64,000 bases of DNA from Eubacteriales bacterium (GCA_050943735.1 JBMNPT010000004.1:137420-201419), one strand, 5' to 3'; shown: positions 9,412 to 16,564, numbered from the stretch's first letter. Program-made: numbers and translations. Notes: a model not told the origin generated them from the sequence alone.

Positions 9412-9480
9412 TTAGCCGAAGTAGCGCTTCAGCAGACCCTCGAATGCCTTGCCGTGGCGGGCCTCGTCGCGAGCCATCTC
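9412..9480 (-). pseudogene. Displaced 3' fragment of a rubrerythrin gene (last ~22 codons plus stop)
   Basis: The reverse complement reads [22 protein letters not shown]. The intact gene at 20292-20834 ends [22 protein letters not shown]. Homology stops abruptly at 9480. Confidence 0.8.
9441..9480. repeat. attL direct repeat of the integrative element
   Basis: CGAATGCCTTGCCGTGGCGGGCCTCGTCGCGAGCCATCTC. It is 39/40 identical to 20321-20360 (G/A difference at 9454/20334). Confidence 0.8.
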
Positions 9481-9594
9481 ATCAGTATCTTCGCTGCGCT
9501 CGATACTGCGGGGGAACTTATCTTCCCCTGTTATGGTTATTATACAAGGAAAAGCACAGAGAATCAAGCATTTTTCTAACATCTTTTATTCATC

Positions 9595-9669
9595 GTGGAC
9601 ACTTCTTTTAGACAACTTCTAACATCTTTTTAAGTTCTCCAAATCAAGGCTTGGACAAGTTTTGGACAA
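9595..9669 (+). promoter_or_regulatory. attL-proximal arm-type repeats (TGGACAA/TGGACAC)
   Basis: GTGGACAC 9595-9602, TAGACAAC 9609-9616, TGGACAA 9652-9658 and 9663-9669. They share orientation with the attR-proximal copies. Confidence 0.5.
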
Positions 9670-9685
9670 TTTGGAGGTCTTTTTT

Positions 9686-10900
9686 ATGGCAAAATCGAAT
9701 GATGTGGGTGTTTATCAGCTTGATAACGGTATGTGGGGTTTTCGGTTCGTGATGGTCGTGGATGGCAAGCGAATCAGCCAAAGGAAATCCACAGATGAAC
9801 AAGGCAATAAGCTCACTACAAAGAATCAGGCAATCAAGGCGCGGCAAACGGCAATGGTTCAAGCCCGAACAGAGAGAGTCCAAAAGCAGAAAATCGCCCG
9901 CCGCAAGTTCAAGGAAGTGTACGCGGAGTTTTGCGAAAAGGGGCGTTCTGACCGCGCCTATCAGACAAAGCGCAAACAGGACAGCATTTGGGATAATCAC
10001 TTGTGCGCCCGTTTCGGCAATCGTTATGTGGATGAAATTAGCAGCGGAGAAGTCAATGACTATTTGACGGAGCTTTATTGTGTAGATGGCTATTCCCATC
10101 AATACACAGAAAGTTTTCTGAAAATGTTCTATCTGATTTTGGGACAGGCGTATTCCCGCAATTATCTTGAAGCAGATACCTATAACAAGCTGTGCGTGAA
10201 CAAAGACACAAAAATCCATATGCCAAAGCAGAAAACAGAGGACGATACCGACATTATAGCCTTTAGCCGTGATGAACTTGTGCTTTTGGATGAATATTTC
10301 AGAGGCACAAACGCAGAAACAGCATATTTATTGGGGCGATATTGCGGGCTGCGTATCAATGAGTGTTTCGGGCTGAAATGGACGAATGTGGATTTAGAGG
10401 CGGGGACGATTCTGATTGACCGTCAGATGCAGTATCAGGATGGGCTTATCAAACTGATAGCACCGAAAACCCGTAACTCCAAAAGGACAATCTTCATGTG
10501 TGACGCTCTGAAAGCACATCTTCAAAAACTGGCGGCGGAGCGGGAGCGGGACACGGCGGAATTTGCTGCTGTGCGGGAACAGAAACAGCGGTTCATTGAT
10601 GATTTGGACGGAAAGAAAATTTCCTCCACGGAGCTTGTGAACTGTCTGCCTGACGGGACGATTCAAACCGTTAATTCCATGAAATACCCCACGCGGGAAA
10701 TCAAAAACAAATTGGGTATCAACTTCAAATATCACTATTTGCGGCACACCTACGGAACACTTATGGCGGAAATGAATACCCCCACACATTTGCTCTGCAA
10801 TCAGATGGGGCATGGAAATATTCATGTGACGCAGCGGTATTATATTGCAATCTCCAAAAGCGGAATTGATGTGCTGAATAAAAACCTGAATCAACTATAA
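9686..10900 (+). CDS. Tyrosine integrase of the element
   Basis: Catalytic-domain motifs GLRINECFGLKW (Arg), HYLRHTYGT (HxxR) and GHGNIHVTQRYY (His...Tyr). I place the start at ATG 9686, 6 nt after GGAGG and in frame with track ORF 9662..10900. Confidence 0.85.
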   Translation: MAKSNDVGVYQLDNGMWGFRFVMVVDGKRISQRKSTDEQGNKLTTKNQAIKARQTAMVQARTERVQKQKIARRKFKEVYAEFCEKGRSDRAYQTKRKQDSIWDNHLCARFGNRYVDEISSGEVNDYLTELYCVDGYSHQYTESFLKMFYLILGQAYSRNYLEADTYNKLCVNKDTKIHMPKQKTEDDTDIIAFSRDELVLLDEYFRGTNAETAYLLGRYCGLRINECFGLKWTNVDLEAGTILIDRQMQYQDGLIKLIAPKTRNSKRTIFMCDALKAHLQKLAAERERDTAEFAAVREQKQRFIDDLDGKKISSTELVNCLPDGTIQTVNSMKYPTREIKNKLGINFKYHYLRHTYGTLMAEMNTPTHLLCNQMGHGNIHVTQRYYIAISKSGIDVLNKNLNQL

Positions 10901-10906
10901 AACACG

Positions 10907-10934
10907 GCGGGCAGAGTGTAAAAGCTCTGCCCGC
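10907..10934. terminator. Bidirectional terminator hairpin between integrase and WYL gene
   Basis: 10-bp stem GCGGGCAGAG/CTCTGCCCGC. Confidence 0.6.
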
Positions 10935-10938
10935 TCGT

Positions 10939-12072
10939 TTAGTACATTTCATTGATTTTAGATACAAAGGACTTGAATTCTTCCACCACGGGAGCGGGAG
11001 AAAGAATTTTTGCCCGTCTGCCAAAGCCGCAAATCCACGAAAAGAACTGTTCGCTGACTTTGATTTCTGCGGTGATAGTAAAATGGTGTTCATCAAACTT
11101 GCTGTAAACTGCGCCCTTTCTGCCGAAACGGTCAAGCACGGTATTCATAGCCGAATTGATAAAACGGATAACAACGCGCTGTGTATCGCCGCCGAACATG
11201 GAAAAGGACTGTTGCGCGTATTTGTTGATTTCGATTGCGGCGGCGGCCTCCTGTCCCTCTCTTGGTTCACCTAACCGGCGCACATCGGCCATGCGGTCAA
11301 CGCGGTATGTTCTGATTGCTTGGTACTTATCATCAAAGCCCATCAGATAATAATTCCCGTCATTTATCAAAAGGCGGTACGGGCTGACAATGTACCACTC
11401 GCCCTTGCGTCCCTCTCTTGGCTTGTCCAGATTGTCGATGGTGTATTCCTGATACTTGAAGCGGATTTTTTCAGGTTCGTGCTTCTGGCCGTCCAAAACT
11501 ATGCTCATGGCATCGTTGATTGTACTGATATTGTTTAGGACACTCCGGTTATTGGTCTTTACACGGTCGGTTAAAAGCGCATCGTGGCGGATAGTCTTTG
11601 CCTGTTTCTCGCTGACAAACTCCGATACCACATTGACAAGGCGCTCCGCCTGTCCCTGCGCGATAAATTTTGCGGAATAGACACACTCCGCCAAAAGGCG
11701 AATATCATTCAAATCAAAATGCCGCTGCCGCACATAAAAGCCTTTTTTGCTCTTGTCATAGATAACGGTCTTTTCGTTGTCGGCATCATCGGCGGCAAGG
11801 GCTTCTTCCGCTTCATCAATAGTGCTTTCAGGGTTCTCCATCAGCCACAAAACCTTGTTGATGTCCTCAATATCCCTGTAAATGGAGCGGCGTTCTGCGG
11901 AAATTCCACAGTCCTCCAAAAAGGAAATAATGTCATAGGCGGTGACAGCATTATTTTCGTCCGTATACTTCAAAAGATATTGAAGCACAACATAGGGTTT
12001 CAGCTTTTGGTTAGGCTTTTTCCCGTGTTCTGCTAAATCGCCTTTTATTGGTTGGCCTACTTTTTGTGCCAT
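10939..12072 (-). CDS. wHTH-WYL-domain transcriptional regulator (PafBC/BrxR/CapW-like architecture)
   Basis: N-terminal wHTH (YVVLQYLLKYTDENNAVTAYDIISFLEDCGISAERRSIYRDIEDIN). WYL region WYIVSPYRLLINDGNYYLMGFDDKYQAIRTYRVDRM, followed by a C-terminal extension. Start at ATG 12072 after AAGGGGGTG. Confidence 0.75.
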   Translation of the reverse strand: MAQKVGQPIKGDLAEHGKKPNQKLKPYVVLQYLLKYTDENNAVTAYDIISFLEDCGISAERRSIYRDIEDINKVLWLMENPESTIDEAEEALAADDADNEKTVIYDKSKKGFYVRQRHFDLNDIRLLAECVYSAKFIAQGQAERLVNVVSEFVSEKQAKTIRHDALLTDRVKTNNRSVLNNISTINDAMSIVLDGQKHEPEKIRFKYQEYTIDNLDKPREGRKGEWYIVSPYRLLINDGNYYLMGFDDKYQAIRTYRVDRMADVRRLGEPREGQEAAAAIEINKYAQQSFSMFGGDTQRVVIRFINSAMNTVLDRFGRKGAVYSKFDEHHFTITAEIKVSEQFFSWICGFGRRAKILSPAPVVEEFKSFVSKINEMY

Positions 12073-12155
12073 GCGCGCCGCACCCCCTTTTTTCCATTCT
12101 ACCACGCCAAAAGCAAAAAGAAAAGCAACGGAATATCAAGCGACAATCCGATGCT

Positions 12156-12356
12156 TCAATCTTCAATGTATTCTGCAATATCTTCCAGTTTGCAATTTAG
12201 TATCTTGCAAAGCTGATTGATGGTATAGGTGCTGACATTTCCGTTTTTCCTCAGCCGGTCGAGCTGCCCGCTGCTGATTTGGTATTCCTTTATGAGCTTG
12301 TATTGGGATATTTCTTTGTCTTTCATGGTTTGCCATAGCTTATCAAATACAATCAT
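12156..12356 (-). CDS. XRE-family HTH regulator (66 aa)
   Basis: MIVFDKLWQTMKDKEISQYKLIKEYQISSGQLDRLRKNGNVSTYTINQLCKILNCKLEDI. AAGGAG RBS before ATG 12356. It is divergent from cassette gene A. Confidence 0.75.
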   Translation of the reverse strand: MIVFDKLWQTMKDKEISQYKLIKEYQISSGQLDRLRKNGNVSTYTINQLCKILNCKLEDIAEYIED

Positions 12357-12409
12357 GCAGACAACTCCTTGCATAGTATCTGCATTTAGAGTATAATCAC
12401 GCCCTTTCG

Positions 12410-12438
12410 TTGACAATTGCCCATAAACGGGCTATAAT
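12410..12438 (+). promoter_or_regulatory. Cassette promoter copy 1 (consensus sigma-70)
   Basis: TTGACA (12410-12415), 17 nt (ATTGCCCATAAACGGGC), TATAAT (12433-12438). The -35 overlaps a minus-strand TTGTCA (12411-12416) that could serve the XRE gene. Confidence 0.7.
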
Positions 12439-12511
12439 TCTAAAGAATAGAGAACTATAGGCAAATAGCAGGGGCACAGTCAAAGAGATATTCTGCAAAG
12501 GAGTAATTATA

Positions 12512-13048
12512 ATGGGAATATTTAATCTGATTGTAAACGCAATCAATAAGGCGGACCGCAAAAAAGAAGCTGCGTTTATAGAAGAATTTAGTCCATACGG
12601 AGAAATCGTCAAAGACCCCAGTACCAGATTTGAAACGGACACACTCTATATTAAAAAGCACGGCAAGATATTGCGAAAACTGTTGATTGCAAAACCTGTG
12701 GAATATGTGCACACGAAGAAAGAGCCGGATAAATTAGTTTATACCTCAGCTACAGTAGGCGGTATTACAACAGGTGGATTTCATGTCCAAAGCGGAAACA
12801 CATCATATTATACGTCTAATTCCGGAAAATTTGCGGTGGCATATTGTCCCAATAATAGCGTTCACGGCAGTTATGCAATAGAAATATTCCTATCTGAACA
12901 AATATACAATGCGGCAAAGAAATCCGGACTTTCAGGATTATTTGAAAACAAGTACAGAAGTAAAGATAAACGCCATCGATATGGAATAAATACAAAGCGA
13001 AAATCGAAAGAAGAATGCGATAAACTCATAAACTGGCTTGCAAATTAG
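12512..13048 (+). CDS. Cassette gene A, hypothetical soluble protein (178 aa)
   Basis: AAGGAG RBS, and an own promoter and terminator. I recognise no family and see no TM segment. Confidence 0.6.
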   Translation: MGIFNLIVNAINKADRKKEAAFIEEFSPYGEIVKDPSTRFETDTLYIKKHGKILRKLLIAKPVEYVHTKKEPDKLVYTSATVGGITTGGFHVQSGNTSYYTSNSGKFAVAYCPNNSVHGSYAIEIFLSEQIYNAAKKSGLSGLFENKYRSKDKRHRYGINTKRKSKEECDKLINWLAN

Positions 13049-13085
13049 TCAGTAGCTAACTGTTGCTTATACGATACATAATGGA

Positions 13086-13116
13086 GGAGCGAGGCGTTTG
13101 CCCCGCTCCTTTTCTG
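13086..13116 (+). terminator. Terminator of cassette A
   Basis: GGAGCG.GG/CC.CGCTCC stem followed by TTTTCT. Confidence 0.6.
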
Positions 13117-13167
13117 TCATATCAACTGCGCATGGCCTTGTATGGCCGCCTCTATCTTTTGGGTTCG
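13117..13167 (-). pseudogene. Remnant of a tyrosine recombinase 3' end (17 codons plus stop)
   Basis: The reverse complement reads RTQKIEAAIQGHAQLI*. The intact gene at 15274 ends EPQRIEAAIQGHAQLI*. Four of the last seven codons differ only synonymously (cat/gcg/ttg/ata against cac/gca/tta/att). Confidence 0.75.
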
Positions 13168-13196
13168 TTGACAATCGCCCATAAACGGGCTATACT
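13168..13196 (+). promoter_or_regulatory. Cassette promoter copy 2
   Basis: TTGACA, 17 nt (ATCGCCCATAAACGGGC), TATACT. It is part of a 62-bp block (13133-13194) identical to 14013-14074. Confidence 0.7.
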
Positions 13197-13234
13197 GTGA
13201 GCATCAAAGGCAATTTAATAAAAACAAAAGCGGG

Positions 13235-13951
13235 GTGCAAAGAGTGGAAGAAGTATTTAACCGTTCAGTTGGTACGCTTTGGCCATATGACAAAATAATT
13301 ATTTGTGATGATGGAATCAGGTGGGTCTCGCAAGATGCAGAAAGAGTGGTTCACTGTAAGCTTATCCCGTATTCATCTATTGCAAACCTTAAAATTGTAT
13401 CAACACCATTACTTGGTTTTTATTTGCGAATAATTACGACAAATTCTGTAAAAAAGGATTTTGATATAAAAAAAGAAGACAAAGACAGATTGAAAAATAC
13501 GATTGCGGACATTCAGAAGCAAAAGGCGTTTGGTTCAAAGGGGAATCCGGTCGAGGAGAGCGAAGAATATGCATTTGTTCCTTTTGAATCGTTGACTCTT
13601 GAAGAAATGTTGTCCTTGCCCAGGAACGATTTGTCCGAAGAAGAAAAAGCAGCAGTCATAAAGAAAATAAAAGATGCATGGCTGGCAAAAAAGATTAGCG
13701 AATTAACCTATAAAGAGCTCACAGCAGAATATGAAGGAAGAGTCCTTTCTGACTTCGAAAGAGAAATGGCGCTGCGAGTGGATTTATTTCATGTAAAAAG
13801 TGAGTATGAAAACATGCTCCGGGAAAAACAGGGAAAAAAAGACCGAAATTCAATCATAAAAGGCGCTGTTGTTGGTGGTGTTCTTGCAGGCCCCACAGGA
13901 GCGGTTGTCGGCGCGATTGTTGGGAAAAACAAGGCAGACAACAATAAATGA
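13235..13951 (+). CDS. Cassette gene B, PH-like / SHOCT-like / C-terminal glycine-zipper protein (238 aa; start GTG 13235 or 13244)
   Basis: The N-terminus WPYDKIIICDDGIRWVS...IPYSSIANLKIV looks bacterial-PH-like. The C-terminus KGAVVGGVLAGPTGAVVGAIVGKNK is a glycine zipper (nt ~13861-13925). Confidence 0.6.
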   Translation: MQRVEEVFNRSVGTLWPYDKIIICDDGIRWVSQDAERVVHCKLIPYSSIANLKIVSTPLLGFYLRIITTNSVKKDFDIKKEDKDRLKNTIADIQKQKAFGSKGNPVEESEEYAFVPFESLTLEEMLSLPRNDLSEEEKAAVIKKIKDAWLAKKISELTYKELTAEYEGRVLSDFEREMALRVDLFHVKSEYENMLREKQGKKDRNSIIKGAVVGGVLAGPTGAVVGAIVGKNKADNNK

Positions 13952-13957
13952 TAGGTG

Positions 13958-13995
13958 AACAACAGGAGCGGGACGCGTGTTCCGCTCCTGTTGTT
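13958..13995 (+). terminator. Terminator-like hairpin of cassette B
   Basis: Perfect 14-bp stem AACAACAGGAGCGG/CCGCTCCTGTTGTT. The downstream T-tract is weak. Confidence 0.55.
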
Positions 13996-13996
13996 A

Positions 13997-14047
13997 TCAA
14001 ATTAACTGTGCGTGGCCTTGTATGGCCGCCTCTATCTTTTGGGTTCG
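13997..14047 (-). pseudogene. Second remnant of a tyrosine recombinase 3' end
   Basis: TCAAATTAACTGTGCGTGGCCTTGTATGGCCGC is identical to 15274-15306 of the intact gene. It then diverges into the conserved promoter block. Confidence 0.75.
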
Positions 14048-14076
14048 TTGACAATCGCCCATAAACGGGCTATAAT
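14048..14076 (+). promoter_or_regulatory. Cassette promoter copy 3 (consensus sigma-70)
   Basis: TTGACA (14048-14053), 17 nt, TATAAT (14071-14076). Confidence 0.7.
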
Positions 14077-14127
14077 ATTTGCAATATTTCTTTACTTCGG
14101 TTAACTCTCTACAAAAGTCCGAAAGGA

Positions 14128-15240
14128 ATGATAGTTTTGTTTGAAACTCTTAGCTCAAAAGATGCCCGCAACTGTTGGACATTTACAGATGATGGCATTG
14201 CTGTTTATGCAATGGATGTCATTGGTCATGCAGAGAGACGCAAAATGTTTATTCATTACGGCGCTATTTCCTCGATTACGCTGAATTTTGCGGGTGTTTT
14301 GAACATCAATAAAAACTTTGCTATGCTACAGCTCGGAAAGGCAGATAAAGACACAGCAAAGGTGATGATGTCTTTTATCAAGGAGAAATCAAAAACTGCA
14401 TCTTCAGAGATTATCTACATTCAGGGATTTCCTTCGTTTGAAAGCAATGTAGAAAAGTGTGGTTCGAGCTTTGCAAAAAGTCAATATATCGCTCGAAATA
14501 CAACGATGCTCACAAAGAAAATCGGAAATCAGGAAGCCCTTGAATTTTATGACCCCGAAGTACAGGAATTTTTGAAAAAATATCCCGGTGAAAATGCAAT
14601 TGTCAACAAAGTGCTTGGGCTGTCTGTTAAAGAATTTAATGATAGTGAAAACCTTAAAAGTATGCTTTGTGGCGGCGGTGTAAGGCTTTTAATGTGTTGG
14701 GATGACCAGTACTCCAAGTATAAAACACAAAGCTGTGTTGTTTTCACTTCCAAAATGATTTTCTTACATAATGCCGCTAAAAATGAGAATTCGTTCTATT
14801 TTGTTCCTAATCTCCACGGTTTTATTAGCCGTATGAGTTCTGTTGTAATTAAAGAAAGTACCTATCATTCAAAACAGAGCAGCGTTACCGGCAGCGCAGT
14901 TGCGGGCGGTATCATTGCGGGGCCTGTAGGCGCTTTAGTCGGTGCTGTGGCTGCGTCTAATTCCAATGCACACGGCGGTAGAACAGTTGCCGGACCTAAA
15001 CAGGATTTAGGTAACCGCGCTGTGCATGTTCGCGGTCTTGTCGGAGTTGAGCGTGGCACAGTTAGCACAATTTATGCAGCAAAGGGTAGCGGATGCCCTG
15101 CGGTAAACCATGCCCATGCAAGTGGATGTGATTACTCCGAATTAGAGTATATTAACGGTATCCCCGAAGAAAAGTATAATAGGTTTGCAAAATACATTGC
15201 CGATTTGTGCCAAAGCATGGATGCCGCACACAATAAATAA
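14128..15240 (+). CDS. Cassette gene C, PH-like / glycine-zipper protein (370 aa; alternative TTG start at 14137)
   Basis: KQSSVTGSAVAGGIIAGPVGALVGAVAASNS (nt ~14887-14955) closely parallels the motif in the 307-aa protein at 7468. PH-like stretches (WTFTDDGIAVYAM, VVFTSKMIFLHN) are present. Confidence 0.6.
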   Translation: MIVLFETLSSKDARNCWTFTDDGIAVYAMDVIGHAERRKMFIHYGAISSITLNFAGVLNINKNFAMLQLGKADKDTAKVMMSFIKEKSKTASSEIIYIQGFPSFESNVEKCGSSFAKSQYIARNTTMLTKKIGNQEALEFYDPEVQEFLKKYPGENAIVNKVLGLSVKEFNDSENLKSMLCGGGVRLLMCWDDQYSKYKTQSCVVFTSKMIFLHNAAKNENSFYFVPNLHGFISRMSSVVIKESTYHSKQSSVTGSAVAGGIIAGPVGALVGAVAASNSNAHGGRTVAGPKQDLGNRAVHVRGLVGVERGTVSTIYAAKGSGCPAVNHAHASGCDYSELEYINGIPEEKYNRFAKYIADLCQSMDAAHNK

Positions 15241-15243
15241 GCT

Positions 15244-15272
15244 AAAAGGGAGCCTTTAGGCTCCCTTTTTCT
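15244..15272. terminator. Bidirectional terminator between cassette C and the small recombinase gene
   Basis: AAAAGGGAGCC/GGCTCCCTTTT stem flanked by an A-tract and a T-tract. Confidence 0.7.
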
Positions 15273-15273
15273 A

Positions 15274-15837
15274 TCAAATTAACTGTGCGTGGCCTTGTAT
15301 GGCCGCTTCAATCCTCTGCGGCTCAATTCCGATATACCGTTGTGTGGTGGCGGCAGAGCTGTGCTGTAAAAGCCGCTGAACAAGGGCAATATCGTAACCG
15401 TTGGCCTTGTAAATCTCCGTGGCATACCACTTGCGGAAGCTGTGTGTGCTGATACCCTCAAAGCCTAAATAATCACAGACGATTGCAAGCTGCTTTTGTA
15501 TCGCCCGTTCCGTGATGGGAAACATCAATTCCGTCTTGCCTATCCCGCTCCGCAGACAGTAATTCTCTATGTACTGCTGAATAACGAGCGGGACAGTAAA
15601 CATACGGCGCTTGCCTGTCTTTTGCTCCACGATTTCAAGTCGGTATCGCTCACCGTCCCGTACAATATCGCAAAGGCGCAGACGCAGAATATCGCTGACA
15701 CGCAAGCCCAAATTCCCCTCCAACACAAGGGCGGTTGCGATACGCTCATTTGGGCGGCAGCCGCAAAAGCCTTGCTTCATGGTTTGAATTATTTCCTTGT
15801 ATTGTTCCGTGGTGAGAGCCTTTGTTTTCTTGTTCAT
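15274..15837 (-). CDS. Minimal tyrosine recombinase (187 aa, catalytic domain only)
   Basis: GLRVSDILRLRLCDI (Arg), STHSFRKWYATEIY (HxxR) and LLQHSSAATTQRYIG (His...Tyr). Start at ATG 15837, 5 nt after GGAGG; the track TTG at 15849 is rejected. Confidence 0.85.
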   Translation of the reverse strand: MNKKTKALTTEQYKEIIQTMKQGFCGCRPNERIATALVLEGNLGLRVSDILRLRLCDIVRDGERYRLEIVEQKTGKRRMFTVPLVIQQYIENYCLRSGIGKTELMFPITERAIQKQLAIVCDYLGFEGISTHSFRKWYATEIYKANGYDIALVQRLLQHSSAATTQRYIGIEPQRIEAAIQGHAQLI

Positions 15838-16005
15838 GCTTGCCTCCAAAAGTCATAAAGTTCGTATTTTGAGCGGTGAACTGTTCGTATGTTTGCGGCC
15901 GCCGCAGACAATCCGCAGAAATACAGGGTTTTGGTGTTCGTAAAATTCAAATTTTAGGAACTTTCCCCGCCGCCCCCCTATTTCAGAGGGCGGCGGGGTT
16001 TCCGT

Positions 16006-16284
16006 TTAGTAGGAAACAGAGAAGCGGCGGGAGCTGACAGGCTTGGTGAAGTCCTTGTAGAGTTCGCCGTAAAGCCGTTTGAATGTGGTGCTGTCAAATC
16101 GATTGCTGATGATGTTGGTGTAGCGGACGATGTAAGCACCGGCGGTCAGTTCTTCGGTGTTCTGTCTGACCATTTCTTCTTTGATGGCCTCGCGGATGGC
16201 ATCGGCCTTGGCCTTTGCCTTGGCAGCCAAATCATCATAGTTGTTCATGGCCTCAATCATGGAAATCATTTCGTTCTTGCTCAT
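16006..16284 (-). CDS. Hypothetical protein (92 aa), element backbone
   Basis: Clean ORF with a GGAGAA RBS and a coiled-coil-like N-terminus. No family recognised. Confidence 0.5.
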   Translation of the reverse strand: MSKNEMISMIEAMNNYDDLAAKAKAKADAIREAIKEEMVRQNTEELTAGAYIVRYTNIISNRFDSTTFKRLYGELYKDFTKPVSSRRFSVSY

Positions 16285-16475
16285 TGTTCTTTTCTCCTTT
16301 TGGTGTTAGATTTTGTTTGGCAAGTGGTGGGTGGCTGTTTAAGTATCTATGCCTCTCCGCAATCCCAATCTCCCTTATCCGTTCCCACTCTTACCTTGCG
16401 TTCTTGGTTTCGGCTCTCGCCTACTTTCGTCCGCCTTGGCTTGCCCTTTGGTGTTCCCCTTAACTGTCTATATAA

Positions 16476-16564
16476 TACACCTAAATCGAGTGTATTTCAA
16501 TTCGCAGAATATACAAATATTACACTCGTTTCTTGTGTAATTTTGACACTTGAAATAGGTGTAA
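16476..16564. promoter_or_regulatory. Three operator-like dyads TACAC-N9-GTGTA
   Basis: 16476-16494 TACACctaaatcgaGTGTA, 16520-16540 TTACACtcgtttcttGTGTAA, 16544-16564 TGACACttgaaatagGTGTAA. They lie just upstream of the 71-aa HTH gene, and a TTGGTG-17-TATAAT promoter sits at 16448-16476. Confidence 0.55.

Noticed and set aside
9388-9579. 63-aa plus-strand ORF across attL
   Set aside because: It is antisense to the displaced rubrerythrin tail and spans the recombination junction. It is an artefact of the insertion.
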